From: Bdellovibrionales bacterium
GTDB taxonomy: Bacteria > Bdellovibrionota > Bdellovibrionia > Bdellovibrionales > UBA1609
Direction of reading: 5' to 3'
NCBI GenBank assembly: GCA_965219095.1
Contig: OZ244719.1
Coordinates: forward strand, 64,001 to 128,000
Length of the DNA stretch: 64,000 bases
Shown: positions 1 to 9,692 of the stretch, one piece after another
How positions within the stretch are numbered: position 1 is the first letter of the stretch
How the letters are laid out: each line of letters starts with the position of its first letter
Made by a program: the position numbers and the translations under genes
Notes under the pieces: model-generated
Database searches by the model: none
Seen by the model: only the letters and a program-made list of their open reading frames with translations
What the model was told of the DNA's origin: nothing

Positions 1-765
1 AAACCAAGACACACCTAATATAGATAAAAAAGTCACTTCGTTTTTATAAGCATTTTTAATGATGGAAAGAGTTGGTTTTAGAGGCTCCCAATTCACTTTT
101 AACTGTGGATCTCCTCTAGGAACGGGTAAAACAAACAAGGAAGCTATGTATCCTAAAAAAGCGATCAAAAGAATAGAAAAACACACCCACCAATAAGGTT
201 GAATTGTAATCTCTAACAAATTTCTTCCTCCTATGTTCAAGCTCCAATTAGTGGTTTCATTAATGGCAACAGCCATACCTCCTAAAATTGTTCCTAGTAA
301 AATAGCTAAAAATGTTCCTGTCTGAAAAAAAGAATTGGCTGCTACGAGATTTCCATTAGAAAACACTTGAGGCAAATAAGAGTATTTAAGAGGTCCAAAA
401 AACGAAGATTGAAGACCCATAAAAAAGAGAGTTACAAGAAGAAGTCCTATATTCTGAGTAAAAAACCCATAAGTCCCTAAACCCATAACAATGCACTCTA
501 AGACTTTCGTTAATTTTATGATGTAGTTTCTTTCAAATTTATCAGAAAGCTGTCCTGCTATGGCTGAAAAAAAAAAGAAAGGCAGGATAAAAATAGCTCC
601 GCAAAGAGCTATGAGTTTTTCTGATGATAAACCTAAAAGGGTACTTGATTGAAAAATAATAAGAATCGATAGAGAGTTTTTAAAAAAGTTATCATTGAAG
701 GCACCTAAAAATTGAGTGATAAAAAGAGGAAGAAACTGAGGGCTTTTAAGAATTGTTCTAGACAT
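1..765 (-). CDS. MFS transporter, LplT/Aas-like; runs off the window edge
   Basis: Not in the ORF track. Hand translation from ATG at 765: MSRTILKSPQFLPLFITQFLGAFNDNFFKN...AIAGQLSDKF...QSSFFGPLKYSYLPQ, which are LplT-like MFS motifs. Confidence 0.85.
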   Translation of the reverse strand, partial: MSRTILKSPQFLPLFITQFLGAFNDNFFKNSLSILIIFQSSTLLGLSSEKLIALCGAIFILPFFFFSAIAGQLSDKFERNYIIKLTKVLECIVMGLGTYGFFTQNIGLLLVTLFFMGLQSSFFGPLKYSYLPQVFSNGNLVAANSFFQTGTFLAILLGTILGGMAVAINETTNWSLNIGGRNLLEITIQPYWWVCFSILLIAFLGYIASLFVLPVPRGDPQLKVNWEPLKPTLSIIKNAYKNEVTFLSILGVSWF

Positions 766-959
766 TAATCAAGCTTATTTTAGCCTCTATTTGATTTTTA
801 CAAAAAGAAATTTATTGCGTCATAGTGATTTTTTTTTTAAAAAAACTGGACTTTTCTCCAGTAACAGCCCTATCATCAATATCCTCTCATTTGATTTTTA
901 CAGAAATCCTTATGAAAAAATTTAAATATACTCATATGGATGACCATCAGTCAAGCAAG

Positions 960-1240
960 AAAAGTAAGTCATTGACAAAAAAGTTTTTCAAAAATGAGTC
1001 TTCTGTACTATCAACCTCATATCCGCATGCTGGTTAACGCATTAAGATGATACGAAAGAACTTTGCCCCTTAATCTGATTTCAACGACTTTGCTATGTAT
1101 ATAGTGAATACGCTTAGATTTTCAGGTTTTTTCTCTAGAGAATCGACCAGAAAATCTAAACGGAAGCACTATATAGTCTAGGACGGCGTAAAAGCTCCAA
1201 AAAGACTTAAATAAATTTTTTTATGTTTTGACTTACCTCC
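960..1240 (-). ncRNA. Putative bridge/seek RNA region of the IS110 remnant, interrupted by a MITE
   Basis: Closing stem GTAAGTCA (964-971)/TGACTTAC (1229-1236), internal hairpins, and an internal ATATGAG identical to the element terminus. Confidence 0.45.
1098..1175. mobile_element. IS630-B-derived MITE
   Basis: TATAGTGAATACGCTTAG...CTAAACGGAAGCACTATA matches the IRs of the IS630-B copies; TA on both sides. Confidence 0.85.
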
Positions 1241-1640
1241 TACCCTAAAAATACAATCTTTAAATATGTTTCAATGAGTCGAATGAGTCACTTTATTGAA
1301 ACACTCCCATACAAAACCCAACATCTCTCTAGCACAAGCTACTTTGACTTTGTTAATAGGTTTACCACTATAAATCATTTTATGTGACTTTTTGATAGAC
1401 GTTTTATTAATCCCTAACTGCAATTCACTAGTGCAACCTTTTCTTTCATCATAACTCATAAGGAGTTAACCTTTAGTGCGTTTCGTTTTTACTGTTTGTT
1501 CTCTTGAAGAGACTTCATAAGAAACCGACTTACAAAAGAAGTGTCGTATAAAATTTAGACACTCGTCTTAACTTTAGTCGCTTTGCATCCTTGAAGGATA
1601 AAAAAATCAAGTAAAATCAAGGGATTAAAAAATGAAGTTT

Positions 1641-1656
1641 TGGCATAAAACTTGCT
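1641..1656 (+). promoter_or_regulatory. Sigma54 (-24/-12) promoter of the S8 protease
   Basis: TGGCATAAAACTTGCT is GG-N10-GC with TGGCA/TTGC consensus, 30 bp upstream of the ATG; RBS AGGAG. Confidence 0.7.
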
Positions 1657-1685
1657 TTCTTTAAAGTAAGAGGAGAAATCATTTT

Positions 1686-3026
1686 ATGAAGCCGTTTAAC
1701 CTTCATTTTAAAACCTTTGTCTTCGTAAGTTTACTTGCCTTTTTTATAGGACATATGCATTCAGAAAGAAAAGTTATAGAAAAGCAAAGAAGTGCTAAAA
1801 ATCAGATGTTAGAAGATGTTATCTCTGATTCTCATAAGATAAGAAATGAAAATTTAGGAAACCCACAGGTGATTTTCAATAATAAAACAAAAAATAAAGC
1901 TCATAAAAGTCATGTTTTAATCAACGATCCTGCTATTGAAGCCCAGTGGGGTCATAAGCTTCAAGAATCAAAAAAAGCTTGGAAATTAACTCAAGGAAGT
2001 CACGATGTTGTAGTTGCTATTGTGGATACAGGTGTGGATTTAAATCATCCTGATCTTAAAAACAACGTTTGGATGAATCAAGGAGAGATAGGAAAGGATG
2101 ATTTAGGAAAGGATAAAAGAACTAATGGTGTTGATGATGATGAGAACGGCTTCATAGATGATGTTCATGGATGGAATTTTGTAGATAACAATTCTAATGT
2201 TATGGATTTTCATGGACATGGGACTCATATTGCCGGCATTATAGGGGCCGAAGGGGGTAATAATGTAGGAATTAGTGGCGTGAGTCCTAAAGTAAGTCTT
2301 ATGGCCTTAAAATACTATGATCAAAAGGATCCTAGCAACAATCTTATGAACAGCATTAAAGCTATTGAATATGCTATTAAGATGAACGCTCGTATTATTA
2401 ACTATTCAGGAGGAGGTCTTGAACCCAGTGTTTTAGAAGAGAAATTTTTAGCTGAAGTAGAAAGGAAAGAAATTCTTTTTGTAGCAGCTGCAGGCAATGA
2501 GCATTCAAACTCTGATGTTAAACCTTACTACCCTGCTGATTATGGGTTTAATAACATCATCTCTGTGACGGCTATTGCTCAAGGTCATAAAAAGGATGGT
2601 TCAGGAGGTAATATTTTAAAAACAAGCAATTACGGTGTTTCTAGTGTGGATATTGCAGCTCCAGGACATCACATTTACTCTACCCTACCGAAAGGTCAAT
2701 ATGGTTATATGACAGGAACATCCCAAGCTACAGCTTTTGTCACAGGTGTAGCAAGTCTTCTTATGGCTTATAACCCCTCATTTCAGAAAGCAAGCTATAT
2801 AAAGAAATACCTCACCCAAACAGGAGATAAAGAGAAGTCTCTCATAGGTAAAACACGTTATCAGACTCGCATTAACTCCTACAGAGCTTTGACTATGATG
2901 GACTTAGAACAAACGGTCACAGGTTTGATTCCTGTGAATCAATCTGAAAGACAAATTGTTCATAATGAGGGTGACTCTCTTAAGACTATAGAGTTTGTTT
3001 TCCCTAAGAAAAATTCTATAAAATAA
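1686..3026 (+). CDS. Secreted S8 subtilisin-like serine peptidase
   Basis: Triad motifs VAIVDTG, HGTHIAG, GTSQA; AAAGN oxyanion motif; hydrophobic N-terminus. Confidence 0.93.
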   Translation: MKPFNLHFKTFVFVSLLAFFIGHMHSERKVIEKQRSAKNQMLEDVISDSHKIRNENLGNPQVIFNNKTKNKAHKSHVLINDPAIEAQWGHKLQESKKAWKLTQGSHDVVVAIVDTGVDLNHPDLKNNVWMNQGEIGKDDLGKDKRTNGVDDDENGFIDDVHGWNFVDNNSNVMDFHGHGTHIAGIIGAEGGNNVGISGVSPKVSLMALKYYDQKDPSNNLMNSIKAIEYAIKMNARIINYSGGGLEPSVLEEKFLAEVERKEILFVAAAGNEHSNSDVKPYYPADYGFNNIISVTAIAQGHKKDGSGGNILKTSNYGVSSVDIAAPGHHIYSTLPKGQYGYMTGTSQATAFVTGVASLLMAYNPSFQKASYIKKYLTQTGDKEKSLIGKTRYQTRINSYRALTMMDLEQTVTGLIPVNQSERQIVHNEGDSLKTIEFVFPKKNSIK

Positions 3027-3066
3027 AGCCTTTTAAAAAACTAGAAAAAAGACTAAAATTATTTTC

Positions 3067-4599
3067 ATGGGTTTTGCTCTTTCTGTTTTATCAGGTGTTT
3101 TTATAGGCACAAGCTTTGTTCCTTTTTACCCTTGGGCTTTGTTTTTTGCTTTTGTTCCTCTGTGGTGTTATTGGCTTTCGCAAGATCAGCTCTCATTAAA
3201 AAAAGTTTTCTTCCAGGCATGGCTTTGTCAGTTTGTTTTGAATTTAATAGGTTTTTACTGGTTTGTTAATGCCTTTCAAAGTTATGCACACTTGAAGTTT
3301 TTGCCCTCTCTTTTGATTTTGTTACTTACTAGTAGCCTGATGACTTATTATATACCTGTCTGTGCTCTTTTGTGGGCCTATTTAAGAAAAAATTATCTTA
3401 AATCTCATTTGAATGCTCTTAGTCTTCTTGTTATTTTATTTTTCTTAGGAGAGGAACTCTTACCTATGATCTTTCCTTGGAATTTAGGTTATCCTTGGCT
3501 TTGGGCAAAATGGCCTGCTTTTCAGTTAGCTGAGTTTGTGGGTTTTTCAGGTTTGAGTGCTTTTACTTTTATTTTTAACGGTCTTCTTACGTGGGCTTTT
3601 TTTAAAAAAAATCTCAAACCTTTTTTTCTTTGCCTTAGTTTTTTTGCTTTATTTCAAGGCTCAGGCTTCTTAGTTGAGAAAAGTATAAAGCCTAATGATA
3701 AAATGCTTCATATCATAGCCATGCAATGGGAGTATGAAAAGGTAGCTCGTAGTGTGAAGGCTTCAAGTTCTCAAGAAGTTTTGGAGGAGTACTTAAGAAG
3801 GACAGAGCAAGCCCTTTCAACTCGTAAAAAAACCGTAGATATTGTAGCTTGGTCTGAAACAGCATTTAAAGGAATTTTACAAAAACAAGGACGAGACCCT
3901 TTGGTAAGAAGAGTGGTGAGGTTTGTAAAAGACCATAACATTGTTCTTGTAACAGGAGGTTATTATAAAACAATTGACAAAATTTTTACAGGATTTCTTG
4001 TTTTCGAGCCTAGTGGACTTATAAAAAAGTACTTGAAAAGTTATTTAGTTCCTTTTGGCGAGTACATTCCTTTTGAAAAACAGCTTAAACGATTCAAGAT
4101 AAGAGAAAAGCTTCCTCATTTAGGAAACTTTACAAAAGGAGATAAACCACATAACCTTGCAATCAATCTTCCCTCGAAACAAAACCTTCTTCTAGGGCCT
4201 CAGGTGTGCTATGAAGGCTTGATCTCAAGCTTTTCAAGAAAGCTCTCTTCTCAAAAAGCACAAGTTTTTTTCAACATCACAAATGACTCTTGGTATGGTG
4301 TTTCTTCAGAACCTTATCAGCATTTTCTAGTCACTATCGCCAAAGCCATAGAGTACAGAAGGCCTCTTGTTAGAGTGACAAATACAGGCCTTACAGGCTA
4401 CATTTCAGAAAAAGGAAAGTTTGTTTATGATAAAGACCTCTATAAAATGAAAGCGATTGATTTAAATATATCTTACTCTTCTCGAAGAGAGGCTACTTTT
4501 TATGAAAAATTTTATTTTTTGCCCTCTCTTTTGTTTCTTTTAGCACTTATTTTTATTATATTAAGGTGTGTGAGTTTTAGAAAAAATGAAAGAAATTGA
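3067..4599 (+). CDS. lnt: Apolipoprotein N-acyltransferase
   Basis: TM N-terminus with FPWNLGY; nitrilase-fold motifs WSETA, KSYLVPFGEYIP, VCYE, NITNDSWYG. Confidence 0.92.
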   Translation: MGFALSVLSGVFIGTSFVPFYPWALFFAFVPLWCYWLSQDQLSLKKVFFQAWLCQFVLNLIGFYWFVNAFQSYAHLKFLPSLLILLLTSSLMTYYIPVCALLWAYLRKNYLKSHLNALSLLVILFFLGEELLPMIFPWNLGYPWLWAKWPAFQLAEFVGFSGLSAFTFIFNGLLTWAFFKKNLKPFFLCLSFFALFQGSGFLVEKSIKPNDKMLHIIAMQWEYEKVARSVKASSSQEVLEEYLRRTEQALSTRKKTVDIVAWSETAFKGILQKQGRDPLVRRVVRFVKDHNIVLVTGGYYKTIDKIFTGFLVFEPSGLIKKYLKSYLVPFGEYIPFEKQLKRFKIREKLPHLGNFTKGDKPHNLAINLPSKQNLLLGPQVCYEGLISSFSRKLSSQKAQVFFNITNDSWYGVSSEPYQHFLVTIAKAIEYRRPLVRVTNTGLTGYISEKGKFVYDKDLYKMKAIDLNISYSSRREATFYEKFYFLPSLLFLLALIFIILRCVSFRKNERN

Positions 4600-6883
4600 T
4601 TGGTTCAAAATTGTAGAAGCTTTAAGTAAAAGAACGACAAGTCGTTTAGGCTCTCATCATATTTCACAGATCAAGCCCCTTGATTCTGTAAAGAAAGCTA
4701 AAGAGAGCTTTGAGAGAATAAGACAGTTTCGCATACTTCTTTTAGAGGGTTTGAGACCTCAATTAGCAAGTCTTGATTTCTTTGAATTATGGTTTGCAAG
4801 GCTCGCTAAAAATTCAACTTTGAAAGCTTTGGAAATAAAAGATGTACGTTCTTTTTGTCTAGAATCCTTGGATTTGAAGAAAACATTTAAATCCTTGGAA
4901 TTACCTTATTTGCAAGAACTAGCTTCTCAGATTTTTGAAGTTGAAGAAGTCCTCTCAGCTATCGATTCTTTGATCACACCTAATGGAAGCTTTAAAAAAG
5001 ATGCAAGTGAGGAGCTTTATCGCTGTACTCAAGAAAAAGAAAAATTAGAATCGAAAATTAAAAACAGACTCGACAAAATTGTAAAAGAGTACAATATGGC
5101 CACTCTTCTTCAAGACAAGTACGTAACTAATCGAGAGGGACGTTGGGTTTTGCCCATTAAAAGTAGCCGTCAGCATGACTTTGAAGGAATCATTCATGAT
5201 GCAAGTCAAAGCCGTCAAACAGTTTTCATGGAACCCCAAGAAATTGTGTCAATTAACAATGATTTAAGAAAACTTGAAGTCAAAATTGAAGAAGAAATAG
5301 AAAGGCTTTTAAAAGCTTTAAGTTCTTACCTTTATTCTTTAAGAACTGAGTTGAAAAAAGCCAAAGAAATTCTTTTAGAATGCGATCAAGAGATGGCAAA
5401 AGCCCAATTATCTATTGATTTGAAGGCTGAGCCTTGTAATTTTAAAGATAATGAGATCTACCTCCATTCTGCAAAAAATCCTATTTTGATTTTAGAATCA
5501 GAACATGTTGTACCCAGTACTGTGGAAATGGATGGAGAAAAAAGAATCCTTATGCTTTCAGGGCCTAATGCAGGAGGAAAGACCGTTTTATTAAAAACAA
5601 TTGGCTTAGCTGCCCATATGTCATCTTGTGGATTACATATTTGTGCTGGAAGTTCTTCTAGATTACCTTTTTTTAAAGAAATTTATATGGCTGTAGGGGA
5701 CTTGCAAAGCATTTCCAGCCACTTAAGTACTTTTGCAGCTCATCTTAAAGTTTTAAATCAAGCCACAAAAGCTTCAGGCTATAACAAACTTTTGCTGATT
5801 GATGAAATTTGTGGGTCTACGGATCCCGAAGAAGGCGGAGCTTTAGCTCGTAGTTTTATAGAGGTTTATTTGAAGAACCAAGTTTTTGGAGTGATTACAT
5901 CTCATTTAAGCTATCTTAAAGGCGGATGGGAAAAATCTTCAGGAGTTATCAATGGTAGCCTTGATTACGACGAAGAAAACTCTCGTCCCCTTTATCGTTT
6001 TGTCATGGGTATAGCAGGAAAATCTTTGGCTCTGCAAATAGCAAAAAATGCAGGTATTTCAGAAAGTATTCTCAAAAAGGCTATTAGTTTTTTAAGCCCT
6101 GGAACAAAAAAATATCATAAAAAAATAGAAAAAGATATAAAAGACAGGAAAGAAGTAGAGGATTTAAAGAGAAAGCTACTCAAAGAAACAAAGTTATACA
6201 GTAAAAAAAGACAGGATTATGAAGAAAAATTACATGCTTTAGAAAAGCAGACATCAGAAATCATTCAAGAGGAAAGACAAAAAGCTAGAAAGGAGATGGA
6301 TGAGATCATTTCAAAAGCAAAGGCAGAGCAGATTCTGAGCAATTATAAACATTTACAGAAAATGAAAGAGTCTATCCCTAAAATCATTAGTTCAACAGAT
6401 CATTTCGAATCTTCTTCTCTAGAAGAGTTTGAGAAAAAATTTAAACCAGGAACTCAAGTTTTCATCAAGTCTTTAAGCCGTACAGGGATTGTACAAAGTG
6501 CAATCAATAAAAAAGGAGAACTCGAAGTTCTTTCTCAGTCGTTAAGGTTTTCAGTACCTTGGACGGAACTCAAAATGACCACTCCCTCCTATGACAAAAC
6601 AAGTTCTTTTCAAAAAAGAAGCTTTTTAGACAAATCTGTTGCTGAAAGCAACGTATTAGATGTGAGAGGTTTATCTGTAGAAAATGCTATTGAAATGTTA
6701 GAAAAGAAAATTGATGAAGCTCTTTTAAAAGAAATGGACAGAATTAAAGTTGTTCATGGTCATGGAGGAGAGATTCTAAAAAGAGCCATAAGAGCATATC
6801 TTTCTAAAAGTCTTCATGTAAAAAGATGGACAGCAAGTAGTAAAGAAATGGGAGGAGATGGAGTGACTTGGGTGGAACTGTAA
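4586..6883 (+). CDS. mutS2: MutS2 with C-terminal Smr domain
   Basis: GPNAGGKT Walker A, LSTFAAH, DEICGSTDPEEG, Smr LDVRG...VVHGHG...GGDGVT. Confidence 0.93.
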   Translation: MKEIDWFKIVEALSKRTTSRLGSHHISQIKPLDSVKKAKESFERIRQFRILLLEGLRPQLASLDFFELWFARLAKNSTLKALEIKDVRSFCLESLDLKKTFKSLELPYLQELASQIFEVEEVLSAIDSLITPNGSFKKDASEELYRCTQEKEKLESKIKNRLDKIVKEYNMATLLQDKYVTNREGRWVLPIKSSRQHDFEGIIHDASQSRQTVFMEPQEIVSINNDLRKLEVKIEEEIERLLKALSSYLYSLRTELKKAKEILLECDQEMAKAQLSIDLKAEPCNFKDNEIYLHSAKNPILILESEHVVPSTVEMDGEKRILMLSGPNAGGKTVLLKTIGLAAHMSSCGLHICAGSSSRLPFFKEIYMAVGDLQSISSHLSTFAAHLKVLNQATKASGYNKLLLIDEICGSTDPEEGGALARSFIEVYLKNQVFGVITSHLSYLKGGWEKSSGVINGSLDYDEENSRPLYRFVMGIAGKSLALQIAKNAGISESILKKAISFLSPGTKKYHKKIEKDIKDRKEVEDLKRKLLKETKLYSKKRQDYEEKLHALEKQTSEIIQEERQKARKEMDEIISKAKAEQILSNYKHLQKMKESIPKIISSTDHFESSSLEEFEKKFKPGTQVFIKSLSRTGIVQSAINKKGELEVLSQSLRFSVPWTELKMTTPSYDKTSSFQKRSFLDKSVAESNVLDVRGLSVENAIEMLEKKIDEALLKEMDRIKVVHGHGGEILKRAIRAYLSKSLHVKRWTASSKEMGGDGVTWVEL

Positions 6884-6911
6884 CTTGTAATAGACGTCTA
6901 TCAAAAAGAAA

Positions 6912-7012
6912 AAATGGATAACCAGCCTTTTTGAAAGGCTGAGACTTAAAAAACCTGATTAAAAGAGTTAGACTCATCTAAGAAGTAAACTCATAAAAAG
7001 GAGCTTACTATT
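6912..7012 (+). mobile_element. Probable IS110/IS1111 left end, cut off by IS982 at the transposase RBS
   Basis: ATGGATAACC resembles the subterminal ATGGATGACC at 936-945. The hairpin that follows (CAGCCTTTTTGAAAGGCTG) recurs at ~42994-43012. AAGGAG sits just before the IS982 IR. Confidence 0.45.
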
Positions 7013-7013
7013 A

Positions 7014-7956
7014 ACACGAGTTTCGACTTTTATATATTTTTCAGAAGCCTCTGTTCTTGAGTTTTAAGTTGAATGGAGGGTTTTTTAGGTTTTAAGCAAG
7101 TAAGAGATAAGAGTACCTAAAAGATTGATGACAAAGTTTTGTGGATTGCGATGGCGAGAATGCTCAAGATGAAACTCTCCTTTTAACACTCCAATCACTG
7201 ACCTCCACAACAGAACGTTTTTTCAACATCAACTTGTCAAATAAGGGAATCAATTTATTTTCCATATTTAATTTGATATTTGTAATAAGCTTAACCCCCC
7301 TTCTTTAAAAGAAGTTTAAAAAGATCTGATGAAATATAACCTCTGTCCCTAAAGAGTTTTCCCATCAGCCCTTTACTATAAATCCATAACTTAGCTTTCG
7401 ATCATCTACATTTCCCGGAGTTAAGGTAAAACTTAAAAGTTCTCCTAGGTGATTGATAACAATATGGAGTTTAAATCCGAAGAACCAGTCTGTGACTTCT
7501 TTTACCTCTTTTTAGCTAACTTTTGAAACACCTTATTTCGTCCTATTCTTTTATTTTTGAAGAAAAATCGATGTGGAATCAATAAATGATATGCCTGTGG
7601 TTTTACTCATAAGGCTTGTCGAGAAAAGGAACATAAAAAAAGCTGTCTTTTTTTATGTTCACAAATCGAGAGTAAGACAACATTTTAGAAAAATAAGATT
7701 TAAGATAGACTTCTTATAAACTGGTAGAAGGCTTTAAAATTCCTAAAGCCTAAAACTTTGGAAAAGTAAGATAAAGAGTGACAATTTCTCTGGGAGATAA
7801 GCAGAAGAAAACCCTCTTTTGTTTTGAAAAACCAGATCTGGATTGTTGTACGAGAGGGGCTAAAAAATCATCGACAAGAACATAAATTGATATGATATAA
7901 TTAGAATTAAACAACTTGAGAATTGCAGAAAAACATATAAAAGTCGAAACTCGGGT
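7014..7956 (-). mobile_element. IS982-family element, transposase pseudogene
   Basis: IRs ACACGAGTTTCGACTTTT / AAAAGTCGAAACTCGGGT; homologous to 45952..47059 (WFFGFKLHIVINHLGE, IDST); multiple frameshifts. Confidence 0.88.
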
Positions 7957-8284
7957 TAATAGGGTGAATAGCACCAATAAAATTAGCTACAGCCTAGGAT
8001 TTCCGAATTTTTCTAATAAAGCCTTTAACTCACTAATCCGTAAGTCGGTTATCTGACCGCCCTTGACTCCTACGAGGGGAATATTTCTTAGATTTTAAAG
8101 GAAAAGTTTTTATTGATCTTGTTGTAAAACAAGCCTGTAAAACATTTCCCTAAGGCCTTCCTCGTTACAAAAATATAGAGAAGTTCTTAAAAGAATAATT
8201 CTTAGTTTTTTTTCGTAATTTTGATTTTTTTTGTGCTTTATTCTTTAAGAACGAAGCTCACTTGTATACTCAAAAGGCGTTTTA

Positions 8285-9692
8285 TACCAATTACAGAAAT
8301 TAATTCGACATTTTTATGTTCAAATTTAAAATTTTAAAATTGACTTAAGGAAAAGTTTCAATTAGGAGGCTTTAAAAAAGTTTTTTTTGAAGGGAGGTTG
8401 AGTTTTCATAAGATATGTTTATTTTATGTATATCTATTGTTGTGTGAATCGATTGATGGGTTAAAATAAGTGTAAAAAAGTGAGGTTAAGATGTAAAATG
8501 AAAAAAATCAGTTACGCAATTTAATTTATAGGTTCAAATTAATTTACAAGCTTGATTCATCTTGTTGTTTTGCCCAAGATCGAGTGCATAATTTTTTAAT
8601 CCTGCCCTCCTGATCGCAAAAAGTATTCCAGGCCTCACAACAAGTATTCAGTATATGGTCATAGTTTTTAAAACATGCATTCGATAATTTGATCCTTCGT
8701 AATTGTTGCCAGACTTGTTCCATGGGATTTAATTCTGGACTATAAGGAGGTAAAGGCATCAGGGATAAATTCTTAGGAACTATCAAAGTCTCTGTGGTAT
8801 GCCAACTGGCTCTGTCCATTAAAACAATTCCATGATAGTTTTCTTGAATATTTTTAGATATCTCATCTAAGTGAATTTGCATCATCCCTGAATTACATTC
8901 CGGTAAAATCCAAGCACAGCCTTTATCTCTATCCGGACAAACTGCTCCAAAAATATAAGTGGATAAAAATTGTCTTTGCCTCACAACTCTAGGCCGTGTG
9001 CCTTTTCTTGCCCAAATCCTACTCAAAGAACCTTGCTGGCCTATTCTGCATTCATCCTGCCACCAAATCTCTATTTTATTAGTCTGAATCTTTTCCTTTA
9101 TTTTCTCCACCTCTTCTGGAAAATGTTCCTTAAACTGTTCCATAGCTTCTTGTGAACTTTTAGGATGAAGAGAACGACCACTGATCCATACAATATTAAG
9201 GCGGTCTAAAGAAACATAAACCCCAGAAAGAGAATAGCAACAGTCAAATTCATCTGCTAAAAGTTTCTGTATTTCCTTTGCTCCTATGCTTCCTCCCTCT
9301 CTTTTGTCTTGAATTTCATCTAACTTGATTTTGAAGTTCTCTTCTTCTGTCACTGGCAAACGAGGCTTGCGTCCTCTGCCTTCTCGATCTATCAATCCCT
9401 CGTAATCAAAGTCTACAAAAGACTGTAACCAGGATTTGATACTGTGACGATGATAGAAAACTATACCTGCTGTTTCTTGAATCGATTTTCCTTCTTGCAT
9501 ATGGTGCAAAGCCAATAATTTTGTCTTGATGTTGGCACTTCTTTCTACTTTGTAAGTAGCTAGAAAATTATACCCTTGAATCTGTGTAACTAAATCTTTT
9601 TTCGACATGACTCTAAAAATTTAACAGAGTTTTATCAAAAAGCCAGGACGCAATGCGTTAAAAGAATGTCGAATTAATTTTTGGAAATGGTA
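8285..9692 (-). mobile_element. IS630-family type A, full-length copy
   Basis: IRs TACCAATTACAGAAATTAATTCGACA / TGTCGAATTAATTTTTGGAAATGGTA; TTA on both flanks. Confidence 0.92.
8544..9608 (-). CDS. IS630 transposase, intact single ORF
   Basis: HTH plus DDE motifs WQDE, MDRASWH, LPPYSPELNPMEQVW. Confidence 0.93.
   Translation of the reverse strand: MSKKDLVTQIQGYNFLATYKVERSANIKTKLLALHHMQEGKSIQETAGIVFYHRHSIKSWLQSFVDFDYEGLIDREGRGRKPRLPVTEEENFKIKLDEIQDKREGGSIGAKEIQKLLADEFDCCYSLSGVYVSLDRLNIVWISGRSLHPKSSQEAMEQFKEHFPEEVEKIKEKIQTNKIEIWWQDECRIGQQGSLSRIWARKGTRPRVVRQRQFLSTYIFGAVCPDRDKGCAWILPECNSGMMQIHLDEISKNIQENYHGIVLMDRASWHTTETLIVPKNLSLMPLPPYSPELNPMEQVWQQLRRIKLSNACFKNYDHILNTCCEAWNTFCDQEGRIKKLCTRSWAKQQDESSL

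Larger units (their letters stand above)
927..1459 (-). mobile_element. IS110 (IS1111-type) remnant: transposase C-terminus plus 3' non-coding end
   Basis: ORF 1271..1459 ends GKPINKVKVACAREMLGFVWE (IS110 C-terminal motif). About 340 bp of non-coding DNA follows, ending CTTGACTGATGGTCATCCATATGAG. Confidence 0.7.

Noticed and set aside
825..1037. 70-aa + strand ORF
   Set aside because: No RBS or motif; overlaps the IS110 non-coding end
6922..6941. Hairpin after mutS2 as its native terminator
   Set aside because: No T tract, and the motif recurs at ~42994 attached to an IS110-type end
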